A stretch of 64,000 nucleotides of DNA, taken from the NCBI GenBank assembly GCA_030265395.1, contig JARFYF010000059.1, forward strand, positions 8,260,895 through 8,324,894, written 5' to 3'. A program made the translations under genes and the position numbers. Below, one piece after another: positions 52,680 through 64,000 of this stretch. The stretch's first letter is position 1. The number at the start of each line of letters is the position of its first letter. Origin of the DNA: Rhina ancylostomus. Its lineage: Eukaryota. Below the pieces are notes generated by a model. That model made no database searches. It was not told the origin of the DNA and was given only the letters and a program-made list of their open reading frames with translations.

Positions 52680-52985
52680 AACACTGCAGTTGTTGAAAAT
52701 CTGAGATAAAGGAAAATGCCAATTCTGATACAAACTGGAAAGCCAGCTAAAAGTTTTTGGATTCAGCATTGAGACTCAAGGGCTGTAACGTGCTTTCAGG
52801 GAAGATGAGACAGTGTTCTTCAAACTTAGTTGTTAATTATTACAACACAGTAGGAAGTTTGAAGTCAGAACAATCAGAGAAGGAATATGTTGGAGGAATA
52901 AAGTAACAGGGTCAGGATCACTCCTATGGACTGAGTGAAAGTGTTCTGCAAAATGATCACCCAATTAACACTTGGTTTCTCCAAG
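52680..52985 (-). mobile_element. Penelope-like GIY-YIG endonuclease remnant
   Basis: Minus strand encodes GETKC*LGDHFAEHFHSV (about 52930-52983) and KFEEHCLIFPESTLQPLSLNAE (about 52770-52827). Confidence 0.7.
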
Positions 52986-52999
52986 AAATAATCTTGTAA

Positions 53000-53587
53000 A
53001 AGTTTTGCATGCTTCAAGTTTAGTAATTTCTCATTCTTCTGAACTCAATAAAATATAGGCCCAGTCTGATTAATCTCTTCTCAAGAAGCAACCCCCCCAA
53101 CACAGGAATTAATTTGGTGAAGCTTTGTTGCACTCCCTGTATTGCAAGAACATTCTTCCTGAGGTAGCAAGAACAGGTGGACACAATATTCCACATGCGA
53201 CCCTGTAAAATTTCAGTAAAACCTCTTTACTCTTGTGCTCAATCCCTCTTACAATACAAGTCAACATACCACTTGTCTTCCTAATTGTCAGCTGTACCTA
53301 CATAGAACATAGAACAGTACAGCACAGGAACAGGCCCTTCGGCCCACAAGGTCTGTGCTGAACATGATGCTGAATTAAACTAATTCTTTTCTGCCTGCAC
53401 ATGATCGATATCCCTCCACTCCATTCTTATTTATGTGTCTAGCAGCCTCTTAAATGCCACTATCGAACCTGCATGTTAACTTTCAGTGACTTGTGAACCA
53501 GGACCCTCAGGTCCCTCTGAAAACCAGCACCAATTTTAAAAATACTCCACCTTTCTTTATTTTCTACCCAAGTGGATGATCTCAACA
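53000..53587 (-). mobile_element. CR1-type LINE fragments, including a nested 3' end with (TTCTATG)n tail at about 53301-53470
   Basis: catagaacatagaacagtacagcacaggaacaggcccttcggccca is the typical CR1/HER1 3' terminus in reverse. Confidence 0.7.
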
Positions 53588-54005
53588 TAGAGACAAAATA
53601 TTCTCCAGATGCTGGAATCTAGAGCAGTACATATAAAGTGCTGGAGGAACTCAGCAGGTCAGGCAGTGTCCAGGGAGTGAAATAAATAGTCAATGTTTTG
53701 GGCCGAGACCCTTCATCAGGACTGGAAAGGAAGCGGGCAGAAGCCAGAATAAGAAGGTGTGGGGAGGGGGAGGAGCACATGCAGGCAGGGGATAGGTGAG
53801 TTCAAGGGATAGGTGAGTCCAGGTGAGAGGGGATGGTTACTGGTTGTGGGAGGGGGAGAAGATGTAATAAGCTGAGAGGTGATAGGTAGAAGAGACAAAG
53901 GGCTGAAGAAGAAGGAATCCAGTAGGAGAGGGCAATGGACCATGGAATAAAGGATGGGGGAGGGAAGGAGAGGAGATGGGCAGGTCATCAAGGCGGAGAA
54001 GGGAT
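53588..54005 (-). mobile_element. Penelope-like terminal repeat, best-preserved copy
   Basis: Purine-rich (plus) body and family tail; contains the hammerhead-like motif at 53687-53725. Confidence 0.8.
53687..53725 (-). ncRNA. Minimal type I hammerhead ribozyme motif (CpG-decayed, probably inactive copy)
   Basis: Minus strand CCAGTC-CTGATGA-A-GGG TCTCGG CCC-AAAAC-ATT-GACTA: intact CUGAUGA, stem II GGG/CCC, stem I AGTC/GACT; GAAAC-GTC recoverable by reverting CpG transitions. Confidence 0.65.
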
Positions 54006-57000
54006 GATTTGGAATGAACGCCTTCAAGTGGCATGTTTCACAGGTGCAGATAATTGAACAATTATAATTTGGTAAACTGTCACAAGATTTATACTTTGCA
54101 TGTACTGTCACAAGAGAAGATTTCAAAGATTTTGCTTTAAACAATTTTGAGGAGTATCAGTGGGAATTTCAGGTACTATAACTTAATGCACAGCAAAGCA
54201 ATACATCATCATGATTATATATTTCTATTTAATCAGCCCCACATCAGTTTAAGTAGTAAATTTCTGTAACCACTCAGAATTTCTCTCCAGGTCAGAGGAG
54301 TGAGAAGAATATGAATTTTGATGAGATGGAGAGCCCTGGAAACACATTAGTATGAAGATAATAAATATCAATAAAGAGGGGGTGGGAAAAAAGAAATCAG
54401 AACATCGAGGTAAATACCCCTTAACAGGTTTACATTTTTTAAAATTATCTACTGGAAAAGCATTGCAACTTGCTTCAATTTAAACTTGACTTTGATGCAA
54501 ACTGAACTATACCCTAGGAAAGGAATAAAGTTATCATATATTCCATTGGGTGAAAGCAATTTTAGTAAGTTTACGAAGATTATTTTGACAACAGTGTCAA
54601 ATACAAGATGGAATAACAGATCAAATTTAATAATTTTGAACTTTGTTACTATAGGCATACTGTGCAGCCACTATTTTACATAGCTGATCTTGCAGATAAT
54701 TCAGTAATTAACTTTTTCATATTCATAAAGAAAATAAAATCATAAATTTTAACCACACATTTTGGGAAACTGCACTTCCTTATGTTGTTTCACTTAATAA
54801 TTATAAGTGGAACGTATGGCCCAGTAGGATCCCAGTATTCAATTCAAACACCTGCATGCTTCCAGTGTTTAATTACATTTGTACTGTTCATAAAATGCTG
54901 CATTTCAAAAGTGCTATTAAGTCTGGTGTTATCAAAAGCTGCAGTAATTTTTTCATAAGCAAGCAGTTTCATTAAAACTTCTGAATCATGATACATTCTT
55001 CCACCTCACAGCAAGCTGTTGCAGTTGCCACTTAGTTCTCTGCTGTTAGACTGAGCACACAACATCTGATTTTTAGTTCCTTCTTTCAATAACTGAGTTT
55101 ATAGATCATGCTCCCTTGAAGATCACTGATAAGTTCTATGGCTAAATGGCATCCAATTTTTATACAATGGGTCAGGACCTTTCTCTCTGTGATCAATTGC
55201 ATTCACTTAGGATAAAGCTGTGTTGTCTGAGCCTAATAGTCCTCAACCTAGAAAACAGCAGATTGGAGAACACAAGTACATCACACTAATGTGTTACTAA
55301 ATTACAACTTTATCTGGCAAAGGATTACAACTGAGTGAAAAGGTAATGAAAATAGGATACAATGCAGCTTTATACAGTTGGAACATTCATGAAGCACCAT
55401 TCATGCATTCAGCAATATATTTTGGCTCTCTGGACTTGTGATGAAATTAGTTATTCTCCACTTTTAATTATTTAATATAGTGAATCACAGAATGCAAAAA
55501 TACTCACTTTTTCTTGATCCGTAATGTAGTAGCCCATGCACAACCATGAGAAATAAACCACGTCAGTGACTTTCTGATAAAAAGGTTAACTTCAACACTA
55601 CAGCATCTGAGATGTCATTAGGAGTAGAGAGCCAGGTTAATCCCCTTGGGTANNNNNNNNNNNNNNNNNNNNNNNNNNNNAATCTCAATTTTTGCTTGGA
55701 TCAAGTTTTGACAATGCAGAGTTAGGTTTTACTAATGAACAACCCGGACCCACCCAGACCTAGCAAGACTCCCACAATACAGAATCATCATTGTATTAAA
55801 ATTCAATTCTTCTACCAACCAGTTAGTTGCCATTTTAAAATGATCCTCTTAAACCAAAGATTTCATTTTTGATGTTCAAAGAACTAAGAATACTTTCAAA
55901 TCTACTTTAACTGCTTTACCATTTCATATGTGTACCCAAAGTATCCAATGGTCATTTGAGCCTCCATTTTGTGCACAATGGAACCATTTTATAGTCTTTC
56001 ATTAACTTGTTATTTCCTTAGGTTATGACTTTTGGAAGAAGTCACAGGATAAGTAAAATGCATTAATTCAGAGTCCATTTTAACTTTTTTGGTTTGGACA
56101 CATTTCTATCCATCATGTAATATTTCCTGTAGGCTGATGCTCGTCAAGGCACGTTACATATCGAAAAAAGTGAATAACAGTCCAGTCACCAGCATCAACA
56201 GCTCATACCATTGATGAATCTATGGGACCTTTACATCTTGCTTTTGTATTAATGAACCAATGCCAACAGACAATTTGGCAGCTAAGTGCAACAGCTGCAT
56301 CCAGAACAGAACCACTGAACATGCAAAAATTCCAAAAACAGGGAAAAAAAATCCACCCAGCATTTATTACCAGCCTAGAACAGTTTTTAATTCAAGTTAT
56401 ACAGTTATTTAATGGCATCTCAAGTCTGGAACATTATCTTCATAAGCATTCCAATAGCCACTTGCATTGAAGCAAGTCTCAAAATCATAACTGATCCACG
56501 TTAAGCTTGGCTTTTCAAAACCAATTTTCAAATAAATGCACAAACTGGTACAAGTAAAATCTAGCATTAATCTGTGAGTTGCCGTTTCAAATCAGACCAG
56601 TAACTCATAAGATTAACCACACAAGTTTAAGGAAAGTGCTGTTTCACATGGTAATATCCTCGATTTGCTGTATGTAGAATCAAGGCAGCAGCTTCTGAGA
56701 AAGTTTGCATTTCTGTATGGGACTTGTAATCCTTTATTTCAGAGACTCTGACCTCCTAGGTTTTTCACTTCTTTCACAAGATCCAACAGTCGTCTCGGAT
56801 CACAGGTAGAAAGTTTGTAAGGAGAAAGGATCCTCATTCGTGCAGTGTGTTTTTTTTAAAACTTCTGTCATAATCCAATGACCGACCTGTGTCAGCCAGC
56901 CATTCGATAATGACTTCTGCCACAATAATCAGCATTGCATCTACTGCACTATATATTACAATGAGGTAACGGAGCACAAACTTATGTCGAACAGGTCTTG

Positions 57001-57030
57001 TGATCATGAACTTTCAGATAAACAGCAGTT

Positions 57031-57796
57031 TTTATTGATTCTTTCTCAACTTGCACGGTTTGTTTTTATTTAGTTTTGAAAGTGAAAAGATAGTAATGAG
57101 TCATCTTTTTTAAATATTTCTCTTTATGTATTTACAAGCTCTTGAGTAGCTCTATAGTTTGAAAGTATTACAAGCACTTCCTCAGTTGAATTTTTGTTTT
57201 GTACAAGTTCTCCATATTCTGCAGTTCATAATGTATGGGCTTGGAAATTCGGGGAGCGTCATCTTCCAGTTGAATGTTATGTACATTTCTAGAGCAAGCT
57301 GAAGCAGGCAGGAAGAATTACTGGTACATATTACTACTTTCAGCCATTATTGTTACCACCCCCCCTCCCCCCAACCCGACCCATATACTAAATTTTGATG
57401 CCCTATATTTGTTTGTAATGGCCATGTAGGCAAGAGTTTGGGTCTCTTTTTCTCTATGTTACATTCTGTTTACAGTAACTGCAAACTCAAATTACATCAC
57501 TGTTGCAGTTCTAAAAATAAATTAAAGTGTTCAATTTTTTTTATTTTTTTGCTGCACAGAAAAATGGAACCATATGTCCTTTTAAAAATAACAAAAAAGC
57601 GTAAAATTTAAAACAAAAATATTTTCTATAAATAATACATTTCTTTTAGTGCTCCCACCCATGGTTCTTTAACATCACCGCGGCTTTTCTTTACATGCGT
57701 GTACCATAATTTTCATCATGATCGCTGACTGTATATCCGTGCATATTTGTTGCGATGATTGGCCTTTGTGCACTTTGATTGGCGAAGACTTTAGTT
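57031..57796 (-). other. EIF4G3: EIF4G3 3' UTR with candidate polyadenylation signals
   Basis: Repeat-free AU-rich sequence after the stop; AATAAA on the minus strand at 57065-57070 and 57031-57036; the true end is not determinable from sequence. Confidence 0.55.
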
Positions 57797-57978
57797 TTAG
57801 TTATCTTCCGACTCCTCCTCTGCTTCTCTTAGCCATGTAAAAAAAGCCGTGACAGATTTTAGCGCTACCCCTTTGCCACTCTGTTCTGCTGGGTCTTTGC
57901 TACATTCCCATTTGTAGAATGTATCTTCAGATATAACATCCTCATCATACAAAGTGTCAAAGAACATCCTTAGCAAGT
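57797..57978 (-). CDS. EIF4G3: EIF4G3 last coding exon ([60 protein letters not shown])
   Basis: C-terminus [15 protein letters not shown] is the EIF4G3 form (EIF4G1 ends [15 protein letters not shown]); CAG acceptor, TAA stop; neighbour of HP1BP3 as in human. Confidence 0.96.
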
Positions 57979-58642
57979 CTGTTTGGAATAGGAAAAATGG
58001 AAAAGGAATGCAGCATATTAGTATTATCGCAGCACAGAGAAAAACTATTAGTCTGTTTATATTGGGGGCAATTTGATGAAATGAGAGTAGTTTTTTTTGA
58101 AAAAGCTTATGATTGCATACAGTATTACTGGAGTTGTGTTTCAGCAGGGACCATGGCAAGTTTTAAGATTAGAGAGGCAGCTGTAAGAAATGTGAATAAA
58201 GGTCCATAGGATTGGGGTAGGCACGCGGGGTTGGGAGTGCCATCCATATGGAGAAAACTCAAAGGTCTATTTTAAAATTCTTATTCAATAGAGAAAAAAA
58301 AACTCAGTAATTAACCATTGAGGATATAAAATACCATCAATCACAACTAGTCTTTTCAGAAATTATAACGCAACTATTAGGAATGGGGAACTGTGACTAA
58401 TTTCCTCTCTCTCACTTTTGAATACGTAGATCAAAGCCAACACGATTACACAAAGCTTGCGCTGAGATGCACTCACCCTGAAGGGATTCTCAAGCTTGCA
58501 CAGCTCTGGACTGCAAGGTATACAAAGACATAGAATGGCGAAGTCTTACTGATCAAGTGCCTGTCTGTATTGATCTGTTGCAAACGTGGAAAGCCAATTT
58601 CACTGGCCCAAAGCATCCAGGACTAGTGGCATGGTGTCAGTG

Positions 58643-58722
58643 ACTGCAGAGCCATCAGCCACGCAGAGCTCACTGCAGAGCCTTCAGCCACGCAGAGCTC
58701 ACTGCAGAGCCTTCAGCCATGC
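58643..58722. repeat. 29-bp minisatellite, about 2.7 copies (ACTGCAGAGCCTTCAGCCACGCAGAGCTC), in the last EIF4G3 intron
   Basis: Units start at 58643, 58672 and 58701. Confidence 0.9.
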
Positions 58723-58951
58723 TTTGCCTTCAAATCACCCTGAAAACCTGGACAGGCGACACCCTGGTTGTAAAAGCTCCCAGCTGCTTTCAATCATTTT
58801 TATATATTTGTAATATTCAGAAATTTTAAAAATGATTGAAATTCAAATAAATGAAAATCAAAATTACTTTGATTAGAGGAAGGGGTGAGAGAGATTATAT
58901 TCCATAAAGTTTAGATAAAACTATTAGTAAAGAAGCTTGCACAATACTTAC

Positions 58952-59098
58952 TAGGAGGTTGATCAAGTTTTACTATTAATGCTTGTAGTGCATAAAGTGC
59001 TTGTAATTCTCGTTCAGGATCAGAATTAAGGTACTTGAGTAACAATCGCAATCTCTGCTGTATAATGTTTGCATCTACACGACTTTGAACCCCTTCTC
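58952..59098 (-). CDS. EIF4G3: EIF4G3 penultimate coding exon, W2 domain ([48 protein letters not shown])
   Basis: [10 protein letters not shown] motif of the eIF4G W2 domain; TAG acceptor, GTAAGT donor; 147 nt, phase 1 to 1. Confidence 0.96.
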
Positions 59099-60604
59099 CT
59101 AGAAGTAACAAGAGAAACAACATTGGCAAGGAACTCATGGACAAAAATCAAGAACATCTTTTCAAAACAATGGTATTCTTTAACACTTTGCGGCAAAATC
59201 ACTCTCTAAGAATGCAAAGCACTTTTCCAATATACCATAACCACAGCATCCTTAAAACGTTTTAAGCTATACAACAAGCCTACATTAAATACTCATTCTG
59301 TAATTTGTGTTCTTATTTTACCTTGCACACAAGATTTAAAATATTTCAGATATTCACCAAAACACAGACCAATGTATAAACTCCAGTACTCCAGTGAGTA
59401 GACTTACAGAGCATACAGAAACCTCACCATGGTCTGATGTAAAGAAAGTCTGCCTACATTGCTCCGCCCTGTGTCGCACACCTCAATTTTACTTTGCTCC
59501 CGAGACCATTTATAAGAAACTTTATTTTTTCCAAATGTCTGACATTACACATACATAAAACCACGCTATAAATCTTAAGATTGAAAGAAGGCATGCACTA
59601 TTGTTTACATGCTAATCTCAACTACAATTTAATTGATAATGTGGACCCTATGATATCTGCCTTGGAATTGAGAATATTTGAGTCTAAAGGGACAAGGATA
59701 TTGGAAACAGATGGGAACTTCATGTACAGGATTAGACATGATCTCACTGAGTAGTGGATCAGCCTCAAGGGATAAGATGTAGTCTTCTATTTCTAATAGT
59801 ATCAACACATACTTAAAAACAAACAGGGAAGTACCATTACATAATTAATCCTGTAGAATATGTTCAAAATCTATATGGTTTTCCAGTGTTCCATCAGTTA
59901 GGTTGTATTAGAATTACACCAGGTTTTGAAGGGGAGGTTTAACATCTCAATGCTTGCTTGTATTCCCTGCATCCCCAGATCACATTTACCACACAGTATT
60001 GCATTACACAGAACTGTCAATCAGGAAATAAGCAAAAAGATGGCTTATTCCTGGACCATCAAAACACCCCATGGACTACTAAAAGATTTAGTTTGGTACC
60101 ACCCACAGCTTCCTCTGACATAATTATCCAGGGTGGCTTTAAAAAGATTAAAAGGCTTGCAGTCTTTCTACACTTGTTTTTCTGTGTCCAAAGATGTGTT
60201 TTTTACCCCACTGAAAAACACCCAGTTAACAGTTACCATCTGCCTTTCTATATTTTTCCTCTATGCACCAAGATTCAGTATTTTTATGTGCTCTCACTGT
60301 AATGATTTTCATCAAATCTTTGGAGTTAGATCATTTCTTTGATTTGGTTTAAATGGAAAATTCAAATAAAAACTACAAGTATTAGACATTTATCACCACA
60401 TGATAACTGAAAATATGATTTGCTAGTTTTGAGAAATTACATAATTTAAAGGGAGGATCTTACAGAATCTATAATCTTAATGACCACACCTATGAGTCTT
60501 CTAAGTGAAATTATTCATAGTTCTTGGTTCATGGCTATTGTGGCTAACAGTCTCAGTGCTCACCAGCAATTAAACCAATATTTATGATTTTCAACAGCAC
60601 GATC

Positions 60605-61110
60605 GCTGAATTCTCCAATTTCAGGTAAAGTGCTCCCCTTCCATCCCTCTTCTCTCTCCTCCTGATCTAACCAGTTCCTCCCACACACCCCAGACCCTTA
60701 TCACCCTATTTATTTCCCCTCCTCCACTCACTCCATCTATCCATCACCCTTGCACTCCTCCCACTGGGTCTCCTTCCCCACCATTCCTATCTGCCAACCC
60801 CAGCTCCTTTATTTGATTCCATGCTCCACCTTCCTTTCTGATCAGATTCCATCTTCTGCAGCCTTTTGTTTTCTCTTCCTATCACCTTCCAACCTCTGTT
60901 GCTATTTCTGTTCTTTACTCCTCTGTCTGCTTATCACCCTTCCTCACCCTCTACCACCTATTGCTTGCCAGCTCTTGCCCGACCCCTTTATATCTCCTCT
61001 ACCTTTTAGTCCAGGTTAAGGGTCTTGACCTGAAACACTGACTGTCCATTTCCCTCCATAGATGCTGCCTGATCCACTGAGTTCCTTCAGCTTCTTGTTT
61101 GTTGCTTTAC
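60605..61110 (+). mobile_element. Penelope-like element 3' end in an EIF4G3 intron
   Basis: Begins with EFSNFR* codons (gaattctccaatttcaggtaa, 60608-60628), pyrimidine-rich body, decayed hammerhead agtc...agggtcttgacct-gaaac-act-gactg at about 61008-61044, then the family tail. Confidence 0.8.
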
Positions 61111-62135
61111 AATCAAAGAATTTTGCTTTTAAAATTTAAAGTTTTTGCATATAATTTAAAAAAATTATTGGAACCTATGAAGTTAAAAACAAAATCTGTT
61201 TCTAAGGGTTTAAATTAAATCCAGGGATTTGGGGCTGTGTGGTCTGATCCATGGACCAACAGTTGCAGAAGTAATTACTGGTACTTACCTCTGTTCCTGG
61301 TCGGAAGGTGGCCAGGTTGGCAGAGTGGTTTGCTGTTTGCCAAGCCAGCCTCACTCACTGACATGCTGCTGGGAGTGCAATTATCTGACCAGTGTGTCAG
61401 TCTTACCTGTAAGTCCACCTCTGCTCAGATTTTTTGGCACAGTAGAATGGTGACAGAATATAGGTTAGTGAAACCCCAGCTTTTCCCTGGGGTTCTGGTT
61501 TGTTGGGTACCCTAGGAGTGGAGAGTAAATTTGGCAAACACTACCCTTATAATTGTTGCAAAAATTACCCACGAACAAAGGTGAGCCATTTTGGCAACCA
61601 ACCAAATAAAAACAGAAACTGGTCCTAATTTTTTTGAAATTTACTGAGACTATTACAAAAAATTTCCATAGTTCTTGATTTCTACCAGATGATTGACATA
61701 AACACCCTGGTGACATTTCTCAGCTGAAACCTTTTGAAGGGTGAGAAGAAACAGCAGAAGGAATTGAAGGAACATGAATCACGGGAAATGATTAGTGCCT
61801 CAGAGGGATAGTCATGTGAACACCCTGTCTCTTGCTCTCTCTCAGCACCCCCATTCCCACCCCCCCAACCTCCTCTTCTGCCAATAAAGCAAATGTCATA
61901 GAGTATTCAGTCAGGAGTTCAACAGGCTCAGTTGATATTAGGCTGGCCACATTGTGGCCACAAACCATTGGCAGGTTATGGGTGGATGTCAAATTAATGA
62001 TTTGACTCATGACTTTCCATAAGAACATACAACATACTTAGCAACAAATTTAATGAATCACCATTTTTTTTGCATTGAATTTGAATCAGTACATAGTATA
62101 TTATAAAAGCCACATAAAGAAGCTGATTTATTTAC

Positions 62136-62217
62136 CCGTAATAGATGATCTACATACTGTTGTCATCAAAGCTCTAAGGAATGTAGATGAACCAATCTGT
62201 GATTCATCTAAATTAGC
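62136..62217 (-). CDS. EIF4G3: EIF4G3 third-from-last coding exon (ANLDESQIGSSTFLRALMTTVCRSSITG)
   Basis: Translated by hand; resembles EIF4G3 ANLDEIQMSSPTFLRALMTAVC; CAG acceptor, GTAAAT donor; 82 nt, phase 0 to 1. Confidence 0.94.
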
Positions 62218-64000
62218 CTGTAAGAAGATAACGAAATAATTTTAGAATTGGACAATAATGAAAGGAACTTCCTTTGATTTGAACCAAGTGCATTTCTGAC
62301 CTTTCAGCTTGAGGTTTCACCCTGCAATTTCACATTTAAAGTAAAAGTACATCTGAATAAAACCAACTACCAGACTCTATCCATAAGAAATCTGCATAAA
62401 AAAGCCTATCCAAATTATAGCACCACAGGACAAAGAGCAGGAAGCAGAACTGGAAAAATATCCAATTTTAAAAATTCTTCGTGATCACTTAGGTACTTAG
62501 GTTGCGGTGTGGTACTTAGTGACTCCTTTTTTTCAAAAAAAAGAGAAGCAGCATTTATGGAAAATTAGTGACAGATGATGCCTACTGATCATCGATGCAA
62601 CAAAGAGAAAGCACATATGCAACAATTAAAAGGGGAAATGAGAAAATTTTCTGTACACAAAGGATGCTGGTACAGGAAATTCTCTGCTAGCAATCATGCC
62701 GAAGTAGACACCAAAAATAATATTAAAAAGAAAATTGGACAATTGCTTAAAAACGAAACAGGGTTTGGAGAGAGAGCTGTTGTAAAATGGTCACTCCTCA
62801 AAGCAAATTAAAAACAAAAACCTGTTCCGATTTTTTTCCTTTCTGAAAGATTAATTTATATAGCATCTCACATGATAACAAGACATCCCAAAGCATTTTG
62901 CACTTAATGCTGGATTTTTAAACTGTTATAATATAGGTGGTGGGCCTGTCATTTCTTAATATTGTAAGGACCCAATGACTAGATAATTTATTTTAGTTAT
63001 CTCAGTTGAGGGATAATTATTGGCTAGGACACAAAAGAGAACTCCCCTGAATCTTTTGCACTTTGCTAATAAAGGCAGATCCCTCAAATTTCAGTGCACA
63101 GTTGGGTGATCTCCCTCAGTATCACACTGGAGTATTGTCTAGATTTTATGCTCAGTAGGACTTGAACCTAGAATCTTCTGACTCAGGAGGTGAGAATGCC
63201 AATCATGAAACAAAAAAAAAATCACATCTATAATTATTAATAATTAAAATGACAATATGAAGTTAGCATTGGTCAGATAAGCAACAGCTACAAGTACTAA
63301 CTGTACAGGAAAATCATAAAGCTAAAATATGGATTTATAAATTTACCAATTATCAAAATGCCACAAAACATTAAAGGCAATCATTGTAAATTAGATGCAT
63401 CTGATTTTCAGAAATTATATTGAAAACATTTTTGATTAATTTTACAACAACAGTTTTAGTTTAACATAGAAATCTGTATTATGTGCTTGCCTAATTGGAT
63501 ATAATCCTTGCAGATCAGGATTGCAACGAATTACATACGAAAACAATAAAAAATTGCTGCAATGTTAATTTTGCAACCTGCCTTGTCTCAGAGGAGTCAT
63601 CTTAATGACTAAATGACATCTAGAGTAAGCTTCAATTGACTGAAGTCTCATTGTTTGTGTTTGATTTTTTTTGGGGAGGTATTTGACAAGCATGAAAACC
63701 TGATGCTATGTTTAACAATCTCTGAATTAAGTACTGAGAAATCTATGCACAAGTAATCTCTGCTTACCTGAAGCAAAATGCCCTGCCTGCCCGTAATTAC
63801 ATTAGATCAATAAAAATTAAATTAACACATCAATATTATTAAATGAAAGAATCAACAGCATCACAGAATTATTGATCACAAACTACTGCAGGGAAGGCAA
63901 CTGAAAAATCAAACACAGACTCTTCAACAGATTCTGGACATGCCTGGGTTAAAGTTACACTTTTCTATATGTAACAATCAAAATAAATAAAAAATTGCCA

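Noticed and set aside
53716-54144. 142-aa Pro/Ser/Leu-rich ORF
   Set aside because: Reads through the pyrimidine-rich Penelope terminal repeat; the same pattern occurs at 60750-61019 and 21286-21540.
63760-63800. Strong minus-strand donor (CAG|GTAAGC) as a further EIF4G3 exon
   Set aside because: Upstream codons do not match the expected ...IFDWVE sequence; the preceding exon must lie beyond the window.

Overview
Eukaryotic (vertebrate) genomic DNA from a gapped draft assembly. The repeat content (CR1/HER1-type LINEs, V-domain tRNA SINEs, Rex1/Babar tails, Penelope-like elements) points to a cartilaginous fish; this is an inference. Two spliced genes lie in tandem on the minus strand. EIF4G3 contributes its last three coding exons (W2 domain) and 3' UTR at about 57.0-62.2 kb. 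HP1BP3 (three H15 linker-histone domains) is nearly complete, with 11 coding exons from 29761 into the N-gap at 12307 and a CpG-island promoter at about 31.9-33.3 kb. All exon junctions were checked by hand for GT-AG and phase. The most notable observations are: (1) at least 10 fragments of a Penelope-like retroelement whose terminal repeat carries a minimal hammerhead-ribozyme motif, with a recurring core variant (CUGAUGC-A instead of CUGAUGA-A); (2) several of these fragments occur as head-to-head inverted units, two of them bounded by 15-16 bp target-site duplications; (3) a phased array of six roughly 20-bp YY1-motif repeats with unrelated spacers in the HP1BP3 promoter; (4) a 796-bp solo LTR with a 4-bp TSD nested inside a Penelope remnant; (5) loss of the canonical PxVxL motif in this HP1BP3. 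Most ORFs in the supplied track are spurious or transposon-derived.
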